Shown: positions 58,683 through 64,000 of the stretch, in pieces
How the letters are laid out: every line of letters begins with the position of its first letter
How positions within the stretch are numbered: the stretch's first letter is position 1
Virus record (IMG/VR): IMGVR_UViG_3300025141_012314
Span: 16,342 to 80,341 of that record
Direction: 5' to 3' (one strand)
DNA: 64,000 bases
From: a virus
Program-made: the position numbers and the translations under genes
Notes under the pieces: model-generated
What the model saw: only the letters and a program-made list of their open reading frames with translations
Told to the model about the DNA's origin: nothing
The model's database searches: none

Positions 58683-60029
58683 ATGTCTTTGAAGAAATTC
58701 AAAGAAAACGATCTACTCATTAACACAATGAAAGCGTATCCTAGCGCAGAATTTGTGATTTATGATTCGACAATATATTACAATAGTATTCCAGAACAAT
58801 CCGGAGCATTCAGTGCTCAGGTTCGTGCTATTCCTCCCGGCTTTGTGAGTCTTGAAGAGAGGAACATTGATAAAGCCGGAAGCTGGCCCACGTCTGTCCT
58901 CGTTGAAAACAAAGGTACCTCCGATGGAAAGCCAGAGGTGCCAGTTACTTTAGTGCCTGCCGGTGTCGGTTACCCTGAAAACCCCTTCACATATAAGTTT
59001 ATCCTCAAGGATTCCTCCGGCGGTAGTTTTAGAACAACCGCAGCAAGAAACTCCGAGAATCCCGACGATGGCTGGACACCCACGGAATGGGATACCGCCG
59101 GTCCCGGATCCGTATTATACGGCGCCGGCATCCAGTCAGCATCAATTAGCCGCGAGTATATCACTACTCCGTTTGAGTCGACGTCTAATTATAACGCACA
59201 TTACGTTGCTTTGAGGAACAGGCTAAACTTCTACGGCGCTAGAAGCTCAGCTTATCTTGTTGATTCTCCATATGGTAATAAAGATACGTTAGACAAAATG
59301 AACCTTATTCACGTCCCTTCGATCTTCTACGGAAAAACAATCCACCCCGGCACACTATCACTGAAGTGGTATTATACCGGCTCATTAATCGGAGAACTAC
59401 AGGATCTTAAGCGCAACGGCGAGCTAATACAAGTTGGGCCTGTTGGCAGCCCCGGCAGCGGCTCAGTCGCCGGCGTAGCTTTATATGACGAGGGCATTCT
59501 GATGCTCACGGGAACATGGGATCTTGGTTACGCTGATTTACCGATGGTATCGGGGTCTTCCACCACGCAGGATCCCTCATGGGTTTATTTTGGTGCAGGT
59601 GCCCAAGACGGAATGAATATCGTCGGCGGCGGCTCCCTCGCCAGCCCGGGCGCATTAACATTCCGGAGCGCCTCCTTTGGACTTTCTTTCAAAGGCGAGA
59701 CCAACACACAAGTTATAACAATGTTTACCCACGCCAAACGTGGCGAAGCAAACTTTTCCAACAACCCGACATATATGAAATGGGGCGACAGCCCAACATC
59801 CAGTTTTGTTTCTTCTCATGTTTACGAAGAAAATTCACAAAGATTAGTTGCAAACACCGTCAGTTCGAGTTATACTAATTATAGTGCTTCATATCAAAGG
59901 CAAGTCTATATCTCTAGAGTTGGAATATACGATGAGAATAAAAACCTGCTTGGAGTTGCTACTTTGTCGAATCCGGTCCTTAAGAAGGAAGAAGATTCAC
60001 TTACGTTCAAACTAAAATTGGATATCTAA
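58683..60029 (+). CDS. baseplate wedge-associated protein, paralog of 57540
   Basis: ANFSNNPTY, YISRVGIYDENKNLLGVATLSNP...KLKLDI. Confidence 0.6.
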   Translation: MSLKKFKENDLLINTMKAYPSAEFVIYDSTIYYNSIPEQSGAFSAQVRAIPPGFVSLEERNIDKAGSWPTSVLVENKGTSDGKPEVPVTLVPAGVGYPENPFTYKFILKDSSGGSFRTTAARNSENPDDGWTPTEWDTAGPGSVLYGAGIQSASISREYITTPFESTSNYNAHYVALRNRLNFYGARSSAYLVDSPYGNKDTLDKMNLIHVPSIFYGKTIHPGTLSLKWYYTGSLIGELQDLKRNGELIQVGPVGSPGSGSVAGVALYDEGILMLTGTWDLGYADLPMVSGSSTTQDPSWVYFGAGAQDGMNIVGGGSLASPGALTFRSASFGLSFKGETNTQVITMFTHAKRGEANFSNNPTYMKWGDSPTSSFVSSHVYEENSQRLVANTVSSSYTNYSASYQRQVYISRVGIYDENKNLLGVATLSNPVLKKEEDSLTFKLKLDI

Positions 60030-60613
60030 TGACAACTCTCGGAGTTGACATCTCAACCAGCATAACTGGTTTTGCAGTCGTAGCAGACGGAGTGTTGGTC
60101 TATTACGATTCGATCGACCTGCGAAAGCACAAAGGCTTCTTCGCTAAAACACTTGTCATCAAAGAGAAGATTCTCGACATCTACGAGATGTACCAGTGCA
60201 ATAACGAACCCGGCGTCATGTTCGGCAGCTCAGTCTATCCTATCGAACACATTTACATCGAGCAATCGCTCCACATGTTCATGGGCGGCAAATCTTCTGC
60301 AAAGACTTTATCAACCCTCACTCGTTTTAACGGTGTGGTTTCGTGGCTTCTCTACGAACTATTTGAGATAGAGCCACAGTTTGTTGGCGCGTCTACCGCT
60401 CGCAAGCATGCCGGCATAAAAGTCCCCCGCGGACAGAAGGCAAAAGAAGTTGTTTTAAAGTTTTTACTTGACAACGAGCCCACTTTCAAGATAGACTATA
60501 CTAAGCATGGGAATCCAAAACCCGAGAGTTATGATCGGGCAGATGCAATTATAGTAGCGAGGGCGGGTTATAAAATTGAGCAACAGGCAGAAAAAACTAA
60601 AGATACTGAGTGA
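60029..60613 (+). CDS. RuvC-like Holliday junction resolvase (RNase H fold)
   Basis: LGVDISTSITGFAVV, IYIEQ, ARKHAG, DRADAIIVA. Confidence 0.75.
   Translation: MTTLGVDISTSITGFAVVADGVLVYYDSIDLRKHKGFFAKTLVIKEKILDIYEMYQCNNEPGVMFGSSVYPIEHIYIEQSLHMFMGGKSSAKTLSTLTRFNGVVSWLLYELFEIEPQFVGASTARKHAGIKVPRGQKAKEVVLKFLLDNEPTFKIDYTKHGNPKPESYDRADAIIVARAGYKIEQQAEKTKDTE
60468..60497 (+). promoter_or_regulatory. possible internal sigma70 promoter for the primase gene
   Basis: TTGACA (60468-60473), 18 nt, TAGACT (60492-60497), T-tract upstream. Confidence 0.35.
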
Positions 60614-61514
60614 TGCACTAGGGTATAGTTCGAATCAGGGCGATGAGTATTTGTTCGTCTGCCCCTCGTGCGAACATCATAAGCGCAAGCTGTCGGTTAA
60701 CATAGCAAAGAACGTCTACCAATGTTGGGTGTGCGACTACAAAGGACGAAATGTCCGACGCTTGATCAGACGCCACGGTAGCTTTACACATCTCCAGCGC
60801 TGGGACGAGTTAACTGGACGCCAAGACATAGCTCAGTTCGAGGACCTGTTTTCGACTGAGAAGCTCGCAGAGGTGCACGAACCAGTCGAACTACCTGAAA
60901 GCTTCCAAAGTCTAGCCAACGGCATCCCACGCTCAGCAATCACTGCTTGGAGATACCTCCGAAGGAGAGGAATAACAGAAGCCGATGTTCTTAAGTGGAA
61001 GATTGGGTTTTGCTTTACCGGCGAGTATCGAAATAGAATTATAATTCCATCGTTTGATGACGAGGGAGATTGCTCGTATTTCATTGCGAGATCCTATAAC
61101 GGCGATTCCTATAAATACAAGAACCCGAGATCCTCAAAGAACATTGTGTTCAACGAATTGTATGTTGACTGGAATGAGGATCTAACAATCGTTGAGGGTG
61201 TATTCGATGCAATCGTTGCAGGGAATAGTGTTCCGATTATGGGGTCGACACTAAGAAGTGACGCGAGATTAATACAGAAAATTGTATACAACGATACTCC
61301 TGTGTACATGGCTCTGGATCCAGATGCGAGAGAAAAAGAGAACAGAATCATCGAGACACTGTTGCGTTATGACATTGAGCTTTATAAAATTGATGTGAGC
61401 GGATACGAGGATGTGGGCACTATGCCAAAAGAGGTGTTCCAAGAACGCAAACAAAAGGCGAGCTTTATCGATCGAGACGACTATTTACTGATGAATTTGC
61501 TCTCGGCAGTGTAG
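60576..61514 (+). CDS. DNA primase (zinc finger + TOPRIM)
   Basis: CPSC..H..KLSVN..CWVC, YLRRRGI, RIIIP, FIARS, KYKNP, IVEGVFDAI, ALDPDA, EDVG; TTG start. Confidence 0.85.
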   Translation: MSNRQKKLKILSDALGYSSNQGDEYLFVCPSCEHHKRKLSVNIAKNVYQCWVCDYKGRNVRRLIRRHGSFTHLQRWDELTGRQDIAQFEDLFSTEKLAEVHEPVELPESFQSLANGIPRSAITAWRYLRRRGITEADVLKWKIGFCFTGEYRNRIIIPSFDDEGDCSYFIARSYNGDSYKYKNPRSSKNIVFNELYVDWNEDLTIVEGVFDAIVAGNSVPIMGSTLRSDARLIQKIVYNDTPVYMALDPDAREKENRIIETLLRYDIELYKIDVSGYEDVGTMPKEVFQERKQKASFIDRDDYLLMNLLSAV

Positions 61515-61524
61515 GAGAACCCCG

Positions 61525-61953
61525 ATGAAAATCACTAAAACACAACTCAAACAGATTATTAAAGAAGAACTCGAAGCGGCTTTTATTCAAGAAGAGTTAG
61601 AAGAAGCCTCTTATGCTCGCCAATCTGGCGGCAGATACGACCCGGCGTCAGGCAGGCAGCGCAGGTACTCCACGAGTGAGCGCGGACTAGATAGTCCAAG
61701 ATACGCGCCTCCCAAAAAAAGCCCAAGACAACAGGTGATTAGTCAACTTGAACACTTCCGAGCGCGTAAGAATCAAGCAGTGGAAAAATGTCAAGCTGCC
61801 GGATTCAACCCTGAAGAGATCGATATGGGGGATCCTTATCAGCGCGCTCCAGAGCACGAAAACGTCTGGTGCGACGACTATATCCACGTCCAACGCCAGA
61901 TTGATCAACTTGATCAGCGCCTGAAATACATGAGAGAGAGCACCACGAAATGA
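61525..61953 (+). CDS. hypothetical protein with MKITK-leader (candidate internal head protein)
   Basis: MKITKTQLKQIIKEELE; AGGAG SD. Confidence 0.6.
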   Translation: MKITKTQLKQIIKEELEAAFIQEELEEASYARQSGGRYDPASGRQRRYSTSERGLDSPRYAPPKKSPRQQVISQLEHFRARKNQAVEKCQAAGFNPEEIDMGDPYQRAPEHENVWCDDYIHVQRQIDQLDQRLKYMRESTTK

Positions 61954-63602
61954 AGCTCTTAATGGAAAACTGGAACAAGTTCCTTTCCGAAGAAGAAACA
62001 TCACAAGAAAAAGTAAAAGATGCTGCTGCTATTATGCAGAACATAGGATTCGCCGGCGAAACCGGCGGCAAAAGCTTTATTATTATGGTGGGCGGCCCCG
62101 GTACCGGAAAGGGTGGGGTAATCGCCACAGATCGTTTTATGAGTTCAGTTATTCAAGCCACTGGTGGTAAGATGGCCGGCGGCGACTTTATTAAGTCACT
62201 CCCTCCTGGAACAATAAATCAGTTTGCCTCCGAGGTGGATTCAGTTTTGAGATTAATGCAGTGGGACTTGGCAGCAAAAGACTATCAAACATTGGCGCGC
62301 GCCGCACAAAATCCCGAACAATGGACCGCCGCAGTAAATAATTATAGCCAGAAACCACAGGGCGATATCAACCTTATTGCTACGATAGCCGGCGCAATTG
62401 GGGCAACTCCCGATCAGTTGGCAACACCACAAGGGGGTCAACTTTTTTCTCAAACTTTTCCTAACGTTGAAGCGTATGCGGGTACAAAAGATGAGGAAGC
62501 TAGAGAAGCCTTAAAGGGAAAGGACGGTCACAAGGGCATAAAAGCTATGTATATGCAACTTCGTTCTGGGTGGGGAGAAGATCCTAGCGCAAAAACGATT
62601 AAGAACATGGCTGTTAAAAGATATAACGATGAACTGGAAACACAATTACAACAGTTCATGAGTAGAGGGCAACAACAAGTAAAGGAAGCAGAAGCGGCTG
62701 ATAGCGCGCAGCTAGCCAAACAAGTGGCCGGCGCCGGCGAAGTCGAAGGAGATTTATCTCAAGCAGCAAAAGATGTTTTTATTTTAGATTCCGCTGGTGA
62801 AGATTTGCCGACTCAAGATTATGCTGGGCAGCTACAGATCGCTAAGAAAGCAGGATTTGAGACTACGATTGTCTGGTTAAAGACTGGACCGGAAGTTAGT
62901 TATTTAGGCAATTTAGAAAGGGCCGTTGTAAGTGGAAAGCGCGCTGTCCCCCCGGACGAAATTGCCGCGTATTATGATGCCGCCTCCGGAGAAGATGGCG
63001 GTGTAGGTGGCAGTGGCGATACAATCGAAGAACATTTTAAGAAACTATTAAACACGGAGTTTGAAGGTTCGGCTCTCTTAAACAACCTCGTTGTTATTAT
63101 GAATAAAGATGATCAACGAGTATCACCAGAGACGGTGAAAGACATTACGTCCGCCGTGTGTGTCAATCCTATAGGGGATCCCAGTGCTGAGCCAGCAGAT
63201 CATATCAGTCATTGGCTCTGTGATTCAGAAAAAATTGCTGCCATTACTGGATATGATATTGGAGAATTGCCTATTGCGGATCCAAGCGAATCGCCCAAAA
63301 ACTATAATGAATTAGTAAAAGCTATTTTGGCAGACTTCAATAATGTGATTAATGGCGAGGAAGTGCCGGACGTCCTCGCGAGCCTTAATATTGACGCAGA
63401 TGCGATCAAAGGGTCCCCCGATCCAAAAGCTCTTGCCAAAAAAACAGCCGACAAGATTCAGTCGACTTTTGTAAAAAAAATTAGAAAGGATGTGAAAGGC
63501 GGCAAAGGTGGACAATTTGCTTCCAAGATTCTTAAATCCCCTCTTAACGAAGAGAAAGTTTATAAGCGCTGGACGCTTATCGCAGGAATGTCACCCAAAT
63601 AA
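61950..63602 (+). CDS. P-loop kinase (zeta-toxin/AAA_33-like) with short Glu-terminated leader
   Basis: MKLLMENWNKFLSEE leader; IIMVGGPGTGKG Walker A, FILDSAG Walker B, NLERAVVSGKRAVP lid. Confidence 0.6.
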   Translation: MKLLMENWNKFLSEEETSQEKVKDAAAIMQNIGFAGETGGKSFIIMVGGPGTGKGGVIATDRFMSSVIQATGGKMAGGDFIKSLPPGTINQFASEVDSVLRLMQWDLAAKDYQTLARAAQNPEQWTAAVNNYSQKPQGDINLIATIAGAIGATPDQLATPQGGQLFSQTFPNVEAYAGTKDEEAREALKGKDGHKGIKAMYMQLRSGWGEDPSAKTIKNMAVKRYNDELETQLQQFMSRGQQQVKEAEAADSAQLAKQVAGAGEVEGDLSQAAKDVFILDSAGEDLPTQDYAGQLQIAKKAGFETTIVWLKTGPEVSYLGNLERAVVSGKRAVPPDEIAAYYDAASGEDGGVGGSGDTIEEHFKKLLNTEFEGSALLNNLVVIMNKDDQRVSPETVKDITSAVCVNPIGDPSAEPADHISHWLCDSEKIAAITGYDIGELPIADPSESPKNYNELVKAILADFNNVINGEEVPDVLASLNIDADAIKGSPDPKALAKKTADKIQSTFVKKIRKDVKGGKGGQFASKILKSPLNEEKVYKRWTLIAGMSPK

Positions 63603-63614
63603 AGGAACAATAAG

Positions 63615-63875
63615 ATGAAAATCACCAAAGCACAACTTAAGCAGATCATCAAAGAAGAACTCGAAGCAGTTCTCAAGGAACACGGCACTCGCCATGCCGG
63701 TGTTGGACTTGGATCAAAAGATACTTCGAAGGAATACCAACGCGGTTATCAGGATGGCAAGTATGGCGAGCCTCCTGTTTCTGATGTCGGCGATGATTAT
63801 GACGCTGGCTACCAAGCCGGTCGAGATGACGCCGATGCAGATGCCGAACGTGACTACGAAATGGGGCATTCCTAA
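63615..63875 (+). CDS. hypothetical protein with MKITK-leader
   Basis: MKITKAQLKQIIKEELE; EYQRGYQDG and YDAGYQAG repeats. Confidence 0.6.
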   Translation: MKITKAQLKQIIKEELEAVLKEHGTRHAGVGLGSKDTSKEYQRGYQDGKYGEPPVSDVGDDYDAGYQAGRDDADADAERDYEMGHS

Positions 63876-63876
63876 A

Positions 63877-64000
63877 ATGAAAATCACCAAATCCAAACTC
63901 AAGCAGATCATCAAAGAAGAGCTTTCAGTGCTTTCCGAGGAAAACAGTACTACGCCTATTGAAGAAGGCATGGAAAACCTCACACCAGAAAACCTACAAA
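63877..64000 (+). CDS. partial ORF with MKITK-leader (runs off the window; not in ORF track)
   Basis: ATG 63877 translates MKITKSKLKQIIKEELSVLSEENSTTPIEEGMENLTPENLQ. Confidence 0.75.
   Translation, partial: MKITKSKLKQIIKEELSVLSEENSTTPIEEGMENLTPENLQ

Larger units (their letters stand above)
61525..63923 (+). repeat. dispersed ~50-nt gene-start repeat, three copies (61525, 63615, 63877)
   Basis: atgaaaatcacYaaaDcMMaactYaaRcagatYatYaaagaaga consensus at all three starts. Confidence 0.85.

Noticed and set aside
23831-60029. Bacterial contractile injection system (T6SS/eCIS/tailocin)
   Set aside because: Flanked by primase, resolvase and a gp55-like sigma, with T4-like gp6 and giant virion-type genes; a phage origin fits better, although sheath and capsid genes lie outside the window.
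344-63983. Minus-strand and nested alternative-frame ORFs in the track
   Set aside because: They lie within or across well-supported + strand genes, are short and lack recognisable motifs; treated as shadow ORFs.
1-64000. Alternative genetic code (stop-codon reassignment)
   Set aside because: Code 11 gives near-complete coding density with very long ORFs; TAA, TGA and TAG all terminate genes at sensible junctions.

Overview
This window looks like a 64-kb segment of a large T4-like/'jumbo' myovirus genome (inference), not a bacterial chromosome. All real genes are on the + strand, tightly packed and often overlapping (ATGA/TAATG), and read normally in code 11. Layout: (1) a consensus sigma70 promoter (81-109) and a Cas4/RecB-like nuclease. 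(2) A ~21-kb transporter-free glycan biosynthesis island (915-21981): 7 glycosyltransferase genes including a paralogous GT2-like trio, a ColD-type 3-dehydratase, an Fcl/ColC-like reductase, RmlC, Ugd, two SDRs, a split TPP-dependent enzyme, a B12 radical SAM, two sulfotransferases, a methyltransferase and split HldE heptose enzymes. (3) Small genes ending in a gp55-like late sigma factor. (4) A ~36-kb contractile-tail baseplate module: a split gp5-like spike with lambda-type lysozyme, a 2131-aa protein, gp25, gp6, a 3758-aa LamG wedge protein and two paralog pairs. All four intergenic gaps of 30 nt or more in this module contain a (C/G)TATTTA motif. (5) A RuvC-like resolvase and a primase. 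(6) The start of an array of unrelated proteins sharing an N-terminal MKITKxxLKQIIKEEL leader, candidate capsid-packaged cargo. No rRNA, tRNA, CRISPR array or transposon was seen. All product calls come from motif recognition only; no database searches were run.
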